Of a stretch of 64,000 bases of DNA, positions 25,394 to 37,124 are shown piece after piece (within the stretch, counting starts at the first letter, position 1; each line of letters starts with the position of its first letter). Origin of the DNA: Vicugna vicugna (taxonomy: Eukaryota); NCBI GenBank assembly GCA_013265495.1, contig MU058844.1:13228184-13292183 (forward strand), written 5' to 3'. Made by a program: the position numbers and the translations under genes. A model generated the notes under the pieces. The model saw only the letters and a list, made by a program, of their open reading frames with translations, ran no database searches and was not told the DNA's origin.

Positions 25394-25615
25394 CAGTGTT
25401 TTTCAAAGAATGGGTTGCAACTCATTCCTGGGTCCTGGAATCAGTTTACTAGGTTGAGATGAATAGTTACAGGAAAAGTGAAATGGAATGGAATAGAAAA
25501 CATGGGCGTGCTCACAGGTGGTAAGGTAGTGTTTCACTGAAGGTTGTGAAGTATGTCTAAAGTTGTGATGTTTAATGTATTTTTTACCTTGGATCAAGGT
25601 GTTTGAGAGCCACTG
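25394..25615 (+). mobile_element. hAT-type MITE (same family as 13569-13792)
   Basis: Terminal inverted repeats cagtgtttttcaaa...tttgagagccactg; internal motifs shared with the 13569 copy. Confidence 0.7.
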
Positions 25616-25799
25616 GGGAAGGTGACTCTACGACAGAAGCAACATCAATTTTTGAGCAATTTTATCTAAGTTTGTATTCTTCCTTCCTCTGAGTTTGTAT
25701 TGAAGACAAAATAGCTTTTTGAAATCTTAGACCCGTAGAACCTTAATCAGATGAATTAAATAACAATTTTGAAAGCACAGTATTTTCTCTGTTTAGGAG

Positions 25800-26358
25800 A
25801 GACTGTTGCCTGCCTAATTGCCAAGCCCCGTATGTCTCTTTTTTTCCTTACTGCCACCTCTGGAGCTCTCCCACAGAAATCAGGGAAGACTGGCCCTATC
25901 TTCAGCTCCAGGAGCCAATCCTGATAGGTCTGAGCCAACCCTAATGGCTTCATTTCCCTCGATGGTAGTTTGTTCAGGAAAGGACGTGTAATTCCCACCT
26001 ACGAGATATGAAGGCCACTACTGAGAATGGTTTCCTTGCTGATGAAAACAAGTAACAAGAAAAGATTTCCCCTTCTGCGTCTTCCACCTGATGTGTCTTC
26101 TAACCATGCCTGGGCCTGTGATAAACATCTGTTCACTCTAGGGGAACTAGCCAAGGGCATCTCAGTGGATGGCAGAGCTGAAAGAAGGAAAGAACCTGAG
26201 TCTTTGACAATGTCGTTGATCCTAAACTTTACCCGCCCCAACGTTGTTCTGCCTCTACCTCTGGCTTCTTTCTGAGTTCATACATATTCTTTGTGGGTTG
26301 AGTCATTTTATGACAGGGTTTTCTGTTGTTTGCAGCTGGGAATATAATAGCTAATACA
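25800..26358 (+). mobile_element. MaLR LTR (MLT1J/K-like)
   Basis: ggatggcagagctgaaagaaggaaagaacctgagtctttga...gggttttctgttgtttgcagctgg...ctaataca. Confidence 0.75.
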
Positions 26359-26642
26359 CACAGAATAACATCTTGATTATGTCCCTAAGAAATGTAACCT
26401 CTGTAGCTGCATATCCTTGGAATATTTTGAGCTTTACCATATGACTGTTTCCAACCTAAGAGCCAGATGTGAGACAGGAGGTTCTATATCATCTTCTTCA
26501 AAATCATTATGCCTTATACTCTTTGGAGTTGTCTCCCTATAGAGGTGGTTGGTATAGGTGTGTGAAGGAAAGAGATTCTTAATGCCTCGTGTAAATACTG
26601 TGCTTTTGGAAGTACTTTTACATCTATTTTTGCTGAGGATTC

Positions 26643-27168
26643 TGTCGACTGAAATAAAATGCACAGCCTATCAGTTGAGAGTTATGTTTTATCGGCAGAC
26701 TTCCTGAGGACTCAAGCCCAGGAGGCAGCCTCTCCGATCGCTCTAAGGGACTGCTCCGCCCAGGCAAGGGAGAAGCCAGGATATATAGGAATTTTTGCAA
26801 CAAAGACCAGGTAGTCAGAACATCAAAAGATTACTATTATGTAAAGAAAGCCAGGTATCTCGAGTTAAGGAATTTAGCGATTTTCTGTATACAGAAAAGT
26901 GCAAAGGTCTGGGCCACTCATTGAAATCATTCCTTTGATATGCACCTAGCTGTCTAGGGCCAGTGTCCTGTTTTTCCACATTCTGAGTTCCCTCAGGGGG
27001 CACCGTTGGGAGTGGCAGCAGAGGCCGGGCTGCCTGCTTATCCATGTCCTGAGGGCACCCTGAGTTCCCTCTGCTCACCCTGAGTTCCCAGTGGCAGTAG
27101 TGGCTGCTGACTTGATGGCCACAGCATCCTGTATTTACTGATATGGCTGACAGTATTTTTCACTCACA
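26643..27168 (-). mobile_element. ERV1-class solo LTR (cetartiodactyl type), copy 1, TSD ATTC
   Basis: TG...CA ends; attc at 26639-26642 and 27169-27172; TATA-like tatatagg read on the minus strand; homologous to 29141-29625. Confidence 0.9.
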
Positions 27169-27344
27169 ATTCAGTAATTAAAATCTGCTTATTGGACATC
27201 TACAAATGCCAGAGTGTTAGGTATTGGAGATATAGTGATAAGTATAATCAACGTGGTTTGTCTTCACTGTGAGCCTAAAATCAAGTTATTCTCAAATAAC
27301 TTTGTAAAGTATGGCAACTATTGCAAAATGTATTAATTTGTGCA

Positions 27345-27470
27345 TTTATTCATTAATTCACCATGTTTTGATGAGATTCTGCTGTATACATAGGACTGTG
27401 CCAGGCATGCTGTAGTAAGCAAAACAGACGCGACTCCTGCCGACTCTACTTGGAGCTTAAAATCTAGCTC
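27345..27470 (-). mobile_element. LINE-2 3' end
   Basis: catttattcattaattca...actgtgccaggcatgc...aagcaaaacagacgcgactcctgcc...tggagcttaaaatctag. Confidence 0.7.
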
Positions 27471-28254
27471 ACGATCATCTTACAAGGTAGTAAATATTAT
27501 TAATACATTCCACTCAACAAATATTTATAGAACACTTCTATGTGCTATGTATGGATAAAAAACCAAAGCCAGAGAGGTGAAATGATTTAATCAACATAAT
27601 ACTAGTTAGTGAGAAAGTGTGATTAGGACTCAAAAATCTGTGATTGAAGGGACCTCAACTTAAACGCATTGTCTTTTAAACAATGCAAAGAACAATGAGA
27701 AATGCTTCCTAAATACACTTTGCCAAGTATGTAAAAGAATTAGCATCAACATTGACCTCTCAAACAAAGCATAGAAAGTTAGGCTGGAAAACTCCTCTGA
27801 ACTTTAAATGTAACATTTACTTTTATATCCCAGGGTGCGAAACTAGCCCAAATATTTTTAGCTCAAAAGACTGGGGCTCCATCAAGATGTAACATTAGCA
27901 AATGAATAAATAGAATGATTAGGGTGCTTAGAGAAAAGCAAAAGTTCTAGAATTTATGGAGAAAACCACACAGACCAGTGCCTTTGCAGCTATTCACTTC
28001 AAGTAGATATGCATCTATACTTCCTCGAAGAGTCCATATATCTTATCTGTGCTGTTGGAGTTTCTGTGATTGCCTTGTTGTTTGTACCTTTTTTTCTCTT
28101 CAAATATGTCCTTAGATTCCTCACTTTTTCTAAAGTGACCTGGCTTTATCCAACATCATTGACTCAGACCCTACTTCAGAAGGACAAGAAAGGATGCTCT
28201 AAGGCCGTCAAATAGAGAACTTTTAATGCTTAAGGGGCTATAAGTTTCTAAGTA

Positions 28255-28892
28255 TAGTAGTCTCCCCTTACCTGTGGTTTTGCTTTCTGCCATTTCAGTT
28301 ACCCTGCTCAGTCATGGTCTGAAAATATTAAATGGAAAACTCCAGAAATAAACAATTCATAAGTTTTACATTGTAGGGCCATTCTGAGTAGCGTGATGAC
28401 ATCTCACACCATCCTGCTCGTCTCTGCTCAGGATTCCCAACCACTGACATCATCTGCTCCTGACATCCAGCCATCAGTGATCCAGGATCACCCAAAGCAG
28501 ATAGTCTTCCTTCTGACCTATTGCCCAAAGGCCAATAGGAGCCTAAAGTTATGTCACAATGCCCGTGTCAAGCATCTCACTTTGTCCCCTCACGTAGGCA
28601 TTTTATCATCTCATGTCATCACGAGAAGGAGTACAGTAAAATAAGATCCTTTGAGAGAGAGAGACCACATTCACGTAACTTCTATTACAATCCATTGTCA
28701 TCATTGTTCTATTTTAATATTAGTTATTGTTGTTAATCTCTTACTGTGCCTAATTTATAAATTAAACTTTATTATCAGTATGTAGTTATAGGAAAAAAAC
28801 CATAGTACAAATGGACTTTGTTACCATCCATGGTTTCAGACATCCAGTGGGGGTCATGGAACATATCCCCCGTGGATGAGGGGGAACCACTA
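28255..28892 (+). mobile_element. MER44 (Tigger7-derived, MER44D-like) DNA transposon with TA TSD
   Basis: TIRs tagtagtctccccttacctgtgg...ccgtggatgagggggaaccacta flanked by TA; internal gaaaatattaaatggaaaactccagaaataaacaattcataagtttt and gttaatctcttactgtgcctaatttataaattaaacttt are MER44 hallmarks. Confidence 0.9.
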
Positions 28893-29140
28893 TAGCATAA
28901 ATTCTCATAATACGGAAAGAGATTTGGAAAATACTACTTTCTGAAGTGGTAACAAGCATTAAGATAATATGACATGAGTCACCTAGTGGAAATATGCCTA
29001 GGAAATGACACACCTTAAGAGAAGAAGGGCAGTGATGAAAGAAGAAGGCGACAAATGTTGAATAAATCAAAGAAAGAAAGAAGCAGGGGGAAGAGGTGAA
29101 GGATCAGCAAGGACATGAAATAAGAGGGTCACCTTTGTAC

Positions 29141-29625
29141 TGTCGACTGAAATAAATGCAGAACCTAAAAGTTGAGAGTTATGTTTTATTTTGTGGACAA
29201 TTCTGAGGACTCAGCCCTGGATGACAGCCTCTCAGATCGCTCTGAGGGACTGCTCTGAAGAAGCAGGGGAGAAGCTAGGCTATATAGGAGTTTTACAACA
29301 AAGGCCAAATAGCTGGAACATTAAAAGATTACTTCTTAATTAAAGAAAACCAGACATCTCAAGTTAAAGAATTTAGTGCTTTTCTATGTCTGGGAGGAAG
29401 CAAACATTTGGGCTCACTGAATTCATTCCTTTGACAAGCACCTAGCTATCTAGGGCCAGTGTCCTGTCCTTTCTTATTCTGACTCCCCTCAGAGTGCACC
29501 ATTGTGAGTGGCTGCAGAGGCTGGGCTGCAGGCTTGTCTTCACTGGGGGGTGGCGGCAGCCGCTGATGACTTGATGGCTATAGCATTTTTTGTTTACTGA
29601 TATAGCTTGCAATTTTTCGTTCACA
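29141..29625 (-). mobile_element. ERV1-class solo LTR, copy 2, TSD GTAC
   Basis: TG...CA ends; gtac at 29137-29140 and 29626-29629; AATAAA and TATA-like motifs on the minus strand. Confidence 0.9.
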
Positions 29626-29809
29626 GTACCCTGAGATGAGTTGGTCCCAGGAAGTACAGGGGGCCCTGGGGGGACCTTTCTGAATTGCACGTGGATTCCA
29701 GGTGGTGCCTGGAGTGAATGAGCCCCTAGGAGTTGACAGGGAGGTCTCCTATCAGATGACTGGTTCCCTTGGAGTCATCTCTCCCTGCCCAGAACATGTG
29801 TAGAACCTT

Positions 29810-29995
29810 GTCCTTCCAATAGTATTGATAACATTCTGCCTTGTAGTGTGGTTATGCATTGAGTGACTCTTTTAGACTGTACTCTAAAAGGATTGGTTCA
29901 TTCTCAGTTCTGCCTGTGTATTTATAACTCCAAACGTAACTCTTGTTCATGGCGGGGAATCAATGAATATTCTTGAATGTTCAATCAGTGAAATG
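29810..29995 (+). mobile_element. LINE-2 3' end, decayed
   Basis: ttagactgtactctaaaaggg...aatcaatgaatattcttgaatg. Confidence 0.5.
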
Positions 29996-30547
29996 GAACG
30001 TGGGTGTGGATGTGAATGTAAGTACAGAGGTGAAAAGTTGAAACACATCCTTCTTTTTTTATTGCATTTAACGTCCTTAGTGGTTGTTGCTTCTGTTGTT
30101 GTGGTTGTTATTACCTTTCAACTTAGCAAATAATCAAATAGCACACAGTACTGGAAAGCTAGTTTCCTAATGGAGGCAAAGAAAGGTGAAAGCAACAAGG
30201 TAGTGACAAAATAATCATCAAAGGAAATGCCATGCGTGGAAACTCACTCTGGTCCATGTGACCTCCCTGGGCAAGAGCATATGGGGGCAGACCAGGCAGC
30301 ATGAAGGGTTTTTATTATTCTTATTTTTGTTTGAATTAATTTACTCTTCTTTTCACAAACCAGTTACCATAGGTTTCTTGGTTGTGTTCCTGGTCAATTA
30401 TAAGCCATATACATTTCAGTTTGTACCTAGTTAGAAATATACCCATTTTCATAGAAAATGAAATCAATGTCAAGATCAGAAATAATTTTCTGATCAGAAA
30501 CACTGGCACCAGCATATTATTGCAGAGCTGAGTTCTCAACTAATTAT

Positions 30548-30782
30548 GTGAAAACCAAGAGCTTGGAGTCTGGAGCCAGAATGCCTGAGCCTGAATTTCA
30601 GCTCTGCCTCTTACTAGCCCTGTGGCAAATTGCTTAACCCCTCTGTGCCTTAGTTTCCTAATACACCAATTGGAAATGATCATAGCTCTGCCTTGACAGG
30701 ATCACTGGGAGGATTTAATGAGTTAATGTGTGTTAAGTTGTTAGAACCGTGTCTGACACAAAAGTGTTAGATATTATTATTA
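30548..30782 (+). mobile_element. MIR SINE
   Basis: tctggagccagaatgcctg...cagctctgcctcttactagc...ggcaaattgcttaacccctctgtgccttagtttcct...ggatttaatgagttaatg. Confidence 0.9.
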
Positions 30783-31429
30783 ACAATCAAAGATTGCTAA
30801 TCATATCAATGCCAAGGTTTAATAAAATATTAATACTATTATATAAAAAAGAAGCACTGCATATTGCAATATTGGCAAATGTTGGTCAAGAAATTATACA
30901 ATGATAAATGCTTTTAAATAAAATTAAGTTTTATTAATCAATAGCATTGATATCTATATTTGATATATTAGTATTGGATATTGATGGATATACATGGATT
31001 TGTCTGTTTGTGTGACATATGCATATATATGTACATCTTTTGGATTGTTCATTCCATCTTCACATGAAGCACAGTGACTATATGAATTTCTAACCCTTGA
31101 GGCATGCATGGTACATGCAGCCCTCAGTGTGGGAACCACTGGCTTCCTAAACTTAAGTGTTTACTCTAGATATCAATCATACAAATGAGTACAGATCCGT
31201 TTCCGGAAAGACATTTCATTGCATCTGAAAGAAAGCAGGCTGCAATTGGTTAAGAATCGAATACACTTCAATATAGTTGGAAACAACCAACAGAACTGAT
31301 GTGGTATTTCCCTTAGGCTAGCGAGGTTGACTCCCAGTTACCAGGGATCTTCTGGATCTGACTGAGATAAGGAAGCACCAGGAGCAATTCTGTGACTGGA
31401 GGTAGAACAGAGGGCTTAAAAGCGCTTGG

Positions 31430-31575
31430 CAACCCTTTGAGGAAGATGGTAATGTTGTCTTTTAGAGATAAGAAAACAGACTCAGAGCAGGGCAGCAACT
31501 TGCTCGTCTTGCAGTGGAACTGAGATTCAAATCTAAGACCTGCTGATGCCAGAGCATCATACCTTATGCTGTAGT
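31430..31575 (-). mobile_element. MIR fragment
   Basis: ttttagagataagaaaacagactcagagc...aacttgctc...gagattcaaatctaagacctgctga. Confidence 0.75.
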
Positions 31576-32509
31576 TCTTCCAACAATGACTCTCATTTTA
31601 AGACAGCCTCAGGGTTGTACAAGTTTTTTTGTTGTTGTTGTTGTTATATTTTTATTTTGCTTGATCCCCAGAACACACCAAATTGATGTAATGCAGATAG
31701 AGACAACAGAGGAGTAAACCTAGCTATTCATCATGGCAGCCAGTGGCCAGGAAGGGTCTGGGATCTTCAATGAAATTCCTTACAAGCTAGAGACTAAAAT
31801 CTAGGTTATTTAAATCAGTTACTCGAGCATCGCTGGTCAGTAAAGATGAGGCCTGCTTAATGCCTGCAGGCAGCAGGGTAAAGAGGCAGGGTGGATCTAA
31901 GTCTCCACTGCAGACGTGGTGATTGTGGAGCTGCTGAAGTGGTAAGAGGCCATTCTGAGTGATAGGTTATCTTTCAAAGGAGGGAAGAGTGGTGGACAAG
32001 GAAAGACCCTATCAAGATCAAAGCACGCATGTCTAAGAGGTTATATAAAGAAGGGGAAGAGAAGCAGACTCACCGAGACACAAGGAAAGCAAGGAGACTG
32101 AGGCTGAGAGCTGGTATCCATTCATCCCCTGGGGGGTCCCCAGATGGAGGGTGGAGCCGGGGGTGTGTGTGGAGGAAGGGTGGCCGTTAATAGTGAAGTC
32201 TGTTCTTCACGGCTCAATGCTTTAGGATGGCGTTTGGATGTCTGGTGTTGTCTTAGGCCAATACTCTCTAAGATATTTCCCTGTAATACCTGGCATCTGG
32301 CCTGTGGTTTCCCCTCTCTTCTACTCTTCCTCCTTCTCCCCAGCCGGTTTCAGGGTTTTCTTCCTTTGAGATTTCAGAAGACACTCTCCTGTTGCCTTAT
32401 TTTATCAAACGCTGTTCGTGCGAGTGAGATTTGTTGAGCTCCTTCCCTTTGTTTCAAGTCCCCCGGCTGAGTTCCTGATGACCCTGTAAAGAAGCAGCAA
32501 TAAGTGAAG

Positions 32510-32700
32510 ATGAACAATTATTCATTGAGCATCTACCATATGTGACGCCCTGGGCAAACATGATCAATGAAACATAGTCCTTCCCTTAAGGAGGTGACAT
32601 CCCCTTATGGAGGTGACCTACTGAGAGGGGAAAACACGATTACAAACAAATATAGACAATACAATGTGAGAACATGTTATTAAGAGTGGGTGCAGTGTCG
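32510..32700 (-). mobile_element. LINE-2 3' end
   Basis: aattattcattgagcatctaccatatgtga...acatagtccttcccttaagga. Confidence 0.65.
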
Positions 32701-33189
32701 ACTGCGAACGGGTCTTTCTCAAGGGTTCCCCACGCCAGTGGCATCCATTCCATCTCAGGAGACTTCTGCCAGCCTGAGAGGTCAGTGTAGGTCACTACTT
32801 GGCAACAGGGCAGTGGTAAGAACAGAGGAATGGAGATTGAGGGGATGAGTCAGGGACTATGAGCTAACACCACCTCTTCTGTGAACAGAGGACTGTATTG
32901 GCCAAGAGTTGGCCTCTGAGTCTCCCTGACCAGACCCTTGGCTTTACAAAGTGTAGAAGAAACAAAAGTTAACAACATGTAAGATACTTATGCTTTCCTC
33001 TCACAAAGAGAACATTTCTTGATACTATCTCCTCTTCTTCCTCTCCTTATTTAATTAAAATTGGGTGAGTTAGTCTGTAAAACTTTTTTGAAGACAATTT
33101 AAGAAGAAACTGGATGAAAACCTGTCTGGAACCTGGTTAGGAAATTTTTTTTTTAGTTAAAAAAATGTTTTTTTAAACCTCCCTTAAAA

Positions 33190-33236
33190 AATTTTTTTAG
33201 GGGGGAGAATTAGGATTATATATGTGTGTATGTGTA

Positions 33237-33268
<32 letters not shown>

Positions 33269-33356
33269 CTTATTTATTTTATGGAGGTACTGTGGATTGA
33301 ACCCAGTACCTCTTGCATGCTAAGCATGCGCTCTACCACTGAACTATACCCTCCCC
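33190..33356 (-). mobile_element. tRNA-Ala(AGC)-derived SINE, camelid vic-1-like, with (TA)n/(TG)n in the tail
   Basis: Minus strand GGGGAGGGTATAGTTCAGTGGTAGAGCGCATGCTTAGCATGCAAGAGGTACTGGGTTCAATCCACAGTACCTCCA, then an A-rich/TA tail and CCTAATTCTCCCCCC; Pol III A and B boxes present. Confidence 0.9.
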
Positions 33357-35589
33357 GCTTGGAGATTGTTTTAAAGAGATGATGGTTCCTGGAGCCTGGG
33401 TCCTGAACTCTCAGGGATGCATCTGAGAATAATGAACAATGGGGACAGAAGAGACGCTCAGCACAAGGTGCACTGACACGGAAATATTGCTCTGAGCACT
33501 TGGACCCTCCCTACCCCAGGAACAGTTGAGAAACAGATGACTTTGCAAACAGGAGGAACCAAAACTTGGCACCAACCTTTGGAAGTACATGTTAGCTGAT
33601 GCCAATAAATGAAAATGAGAATGCTTCAGAATCAGAACTTGCTAAATAATGGGAAGAATCTACCTACCTTTAGGAAGCCATCTGTCCAAACATCACATAT
33701 TAAAGTGTCTCTATGGATTGCAGTGTTAAAGAAGGTGCAGTAAAATATTGTGTAAATATCCTCCCTTTAGAGAAGGATGCCAATTATGAAAAATTACAAA
33801 AACATTGACAGAGAAGAAATAGTTCTTAAGAAGATACAGATCTTCTCTTCCTTTAGCTATTCTTCCCCCTTTTTCCCCCTGGGAGAGAGACAACTTCAAA
33901 TAGAAATAGGATCTCCTGAAATGGGAACTTTCAAAAGTCTCTGAATTCCCCAGGGAAGAGATTTGACTTAAGATCCAGAAATAGCAGAAAAGGGAAAATG
34001 GCTTCAGCAAGCCCTTGGTCCACTTGTGTATGAATGGGAGAGTTGCTTCTAGGCTGTCTTAGTAAGAGGAACCACATAAAATATGAATTAGCAAATTCAG
34101 CCTGATAGACACTGTTTCTTTGCTTGTTTGCCTTAAAGGAACTAGAAGAAGTTCTGATTTAACATTTTTGGTTGGTGGCATTCCCCGAATTGTGCATGGT
34201 GTCATTTCAGGTCAGTGGTTGTGTTTTGAATATCTGTGTCCATTATCAGTGCTGTAGAGGCACACCAAAAACTTAGATATGATTCTTACTCGTGTTCTTT
34301 GGCCAGACCTGGGATAAGACTCGTGGGATGAAAATGTGTTGGGATTGTTGAATAAATTAAAAAATATACCCTATAAGACAGTGTCATCATAATATTATTT
34401 GCAGATAATTGATAATTGATCTGACTTTTTGAGAATCCAGACCTTGCTTGGTAGCAAATGGAAAATAACTAAGGCCCCCCAAACCCAGTCTCTGAGATGT
34501 TATGTGTTTTTCTTTCTGCTGTTTCTCAAATAGTGAATGGGAATTTGGGGGTGGAGTGGGGAAGGGGGTGAGCTTGAAGCTGTATATTAGGGAGAGAAGC
34601 CCTTTTCAAATTGAGTACTTTGTTTACTGAATATCTGGCTTTTCAACGAGAGAGTATTTAATCCAAAGTGAAATTGGTGGATTTCACAGATGTATTTATT
34701 CCTCTATAATTAAAAGATCAGCCTCGTACAGTTCTTTTCTTTAAAGATTATTCTACAATGTGAATAAACCATTCTCAGAAATGACAGTTTCTCTTTTCTG
34801 AAACCTTTCATCTCTTCTACAGCTGATTAAAAGGGCTGCTCATGGTCTTTCTCAGCTGCTCATAAGGAATAAAAAGCAAACCAGTGCAGCAGAAAGAGAT
34901 GAAGAAAGATGCCTTTGTTCCTGATCACGTGCCTGCAGAGAGAACACCACTGCCCTTGAGGCGCTCTCTTGAGTGGGTTCAGGAACGTCCCCCTTCCTGT
35001 AGCGGTCTGCACCATTCTCTCACAGTGCTGCTTGAAAAAGCAGCACTGTTCCCCTGGGGCCGTGCCCCCGCCATCGAAGCTGCCACTGCCACCTCCGTTC
35101 CCCTTTTCCCAGACAACAGAGAGGAACTGCTCACAGCGCAATGTATTTATTCCCTTTGCCTGGTGGAAACTGTTTCAAAGAAAGTAACAAGGATGACATG
35201 GCATTAGAAGTTTCAAAAAATGGAAGTATATTTAAAAATGTAATTTGTCTGCATTATAGGAAAGTAAAGTGGTGTCTGTTTCGGGAAGTTGCAAAGGAAC
35301 AGATCAGCACAGTTGTCAGGGAGGGAGGGTGGGAGGCGGAAGGCGGAAGGAAAGAGATCTCTGTATCTTCTCTCTTTCTGAGACAGCCCATGACTTTAGT
35401 TTGTACTCACATCTGAATCATCTGCCCAATCAATGTGATATGTTTGTTTTGATCTAAACTTTACAAATTTCCTTGACAAATAAGGCATCTGGTCTTTGGG
35501 AACCTTAAAATCCTGAATTCTATAATTTCTCACTCTCAGAATCTTCATGATCTAGATTCCTGGTGGGCTCTTTATGGTTTTTTTGGTAT

Positions 35590-35685
35590 GTTGATGATTT
35601 ATTGTTGTTTGTAGCCCTGGCCTCCATGCAGAGCCTTGCATATACCAGATGCTCCATTAATGTTTCCTGAAGAAGTGAATGAATA
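35590..35685 (+). mobile_element. LINE-2 3' tail
   Basis: gcagagccttgcatataccagatgctccattaatgtttcctgaagaagtgaatgaat. Confidence 0.6.
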
Positions 35686-36282
35686 GAAAAGTGAAGAGGC
35701 CAAAATATCAAACTGTTTACTGAAAATCTGATGAGTAATCCTTTCTCCTTAGGAATATTCTGGTATTGATATCAGGTTCAAGTATTAGGCTCCTCTGAAA
35801 AAGGGGCTTATTTCCTTTGGGCTATTACTGAGCTGGATGGCTAGAACATAAACTTTGGGAAAACATTCAGTAGAATGGCCACTGGGGGTAAGATAAGGGG
35901 AAATTTGGCCAGAGTAAATTGGGTCCCATTTCTCTTCAGGAAAGTCTTTGTTTAGTTGCCTATCTGGGATTTCATAGGCTGTTAATGTTTCTTTGAGTAT
36001 AAAGAAGAGAATGAAGGGAAACACTGAAGATCCAGTTGAATCTATGTAGGAAGCTTCTCTTCGTGTGAAAGTCATAAATCTGTTCTCCTGTATCAATGGG
36101 GCAAGGCATGTTGGCCCATTGGATGGGCCATTGAAATGAATACTGTGTTGGCCACTGGTATGGTCTGTGTGTGCTCAGATGGGGCACGCATACCACTTTA
36201 CTCTTCCTTCCAGTAGCAGGGGTATGGGTGGCCCAGTAGCAATGCAGTTTTCTTCTCCAAGGTCATAACCAGGAGACGGGCC

Positions 36283-36666
36283 TGTATGGGTTTTCTAAGG
36301 CTACTATCACAATTACCACAGACTGGCTTAAACAACAGAAATGTATTTTCTCATTGTCTTAGAATTTAGGAGTCTGAGATCGAGGTGTTGACAGGGTTGG
36401 TTTCCTCTGAGGTCCCTCTCCTCGCATGTAGATGGCCAGCTTCTCCCAGTGTCTTCACATGGTCTTCCCTCTGTGTGTGTCTGTGTCCAAATTTCCTCTT
36501 CTTATAAAGACACCAGTCATACTGAAGAGGGCCCACCCTAATGATCTCATTCAATCTTAATCATCCTGTTAAAGGCCCTATCTCTAAATATAGTCACATT
36601 CTGTGGTACTGGAGGGCCAGGGCTTCAACATATGAATTTTGGGGGGATTCAATTTTGTTCATAACA
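36283..36666 (-). mobile_element. MaLR LTR (MLT1B-like), complete, degenerate 5-bp TSD
   Basis: tgtatgggttttctaaggct...accacagactggcttaaacaacagaaat...cttcaacatatgaatttt...cataaca; flanks gggcc and gggca. Confidence 0.9.
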
Positions 36667-37124
36667 GGGCACTAGCAGCCAGATCCTTGTTCCACCATTG
36701 GATGTAAGTTATTTCACCTCTGGAGGAAAATGCAACTATGAAAATGGAGAATAGTTAACTCCTAATTATAAGCAAAAGTAATCAGAAAGAGTTGGAGATG
36801 TTGAAATAAAGCTAAAGGGCAGTAATATAGCTGAATGTGATTAATTAAAACAAAACAAATAAAACAAAACAACCACATTCCCCTACATTGGGATTAAAAA
36901 AGAGATTCCTAGCATGCAGGAAGAAAAAGTGGAGTTTTCCACTCAAACAGTATATCATACTGTCCCCCTCAAGGGTTTTAAGAAATGAGCAATTTGAAGG
37001 GTGAAGGAAGTTATAAAAGTGTAGGAAAACACACACTGGAGAAAAGATGAGAAAAATGAAAATATGTAGCTCAACGAAAGCTGAGAGGTGAAAAAGAAGG
37101 CTCCCTGATTTGCAGAACGGGAGG

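Noticed and set aside
26643..29625. Single deleted provirus bounded by two LTRs
   Set aside because: Each LTR has its own different TSD, the LTRs are diverged, and the spacer contains older L2/MER44 sequence
33282..33356. tRNA-Ala gene
   Set aside because: Extra 5' bases, stem mismatches, a SINE-type tail and a second diverged copy indicate a SINE
35022..35049. miR-15/16-like precursor (AGCAGCA in one arm)
   Set aside because: The stem is only 12 bp with no evident extension, far shorter than a pre-miRNA
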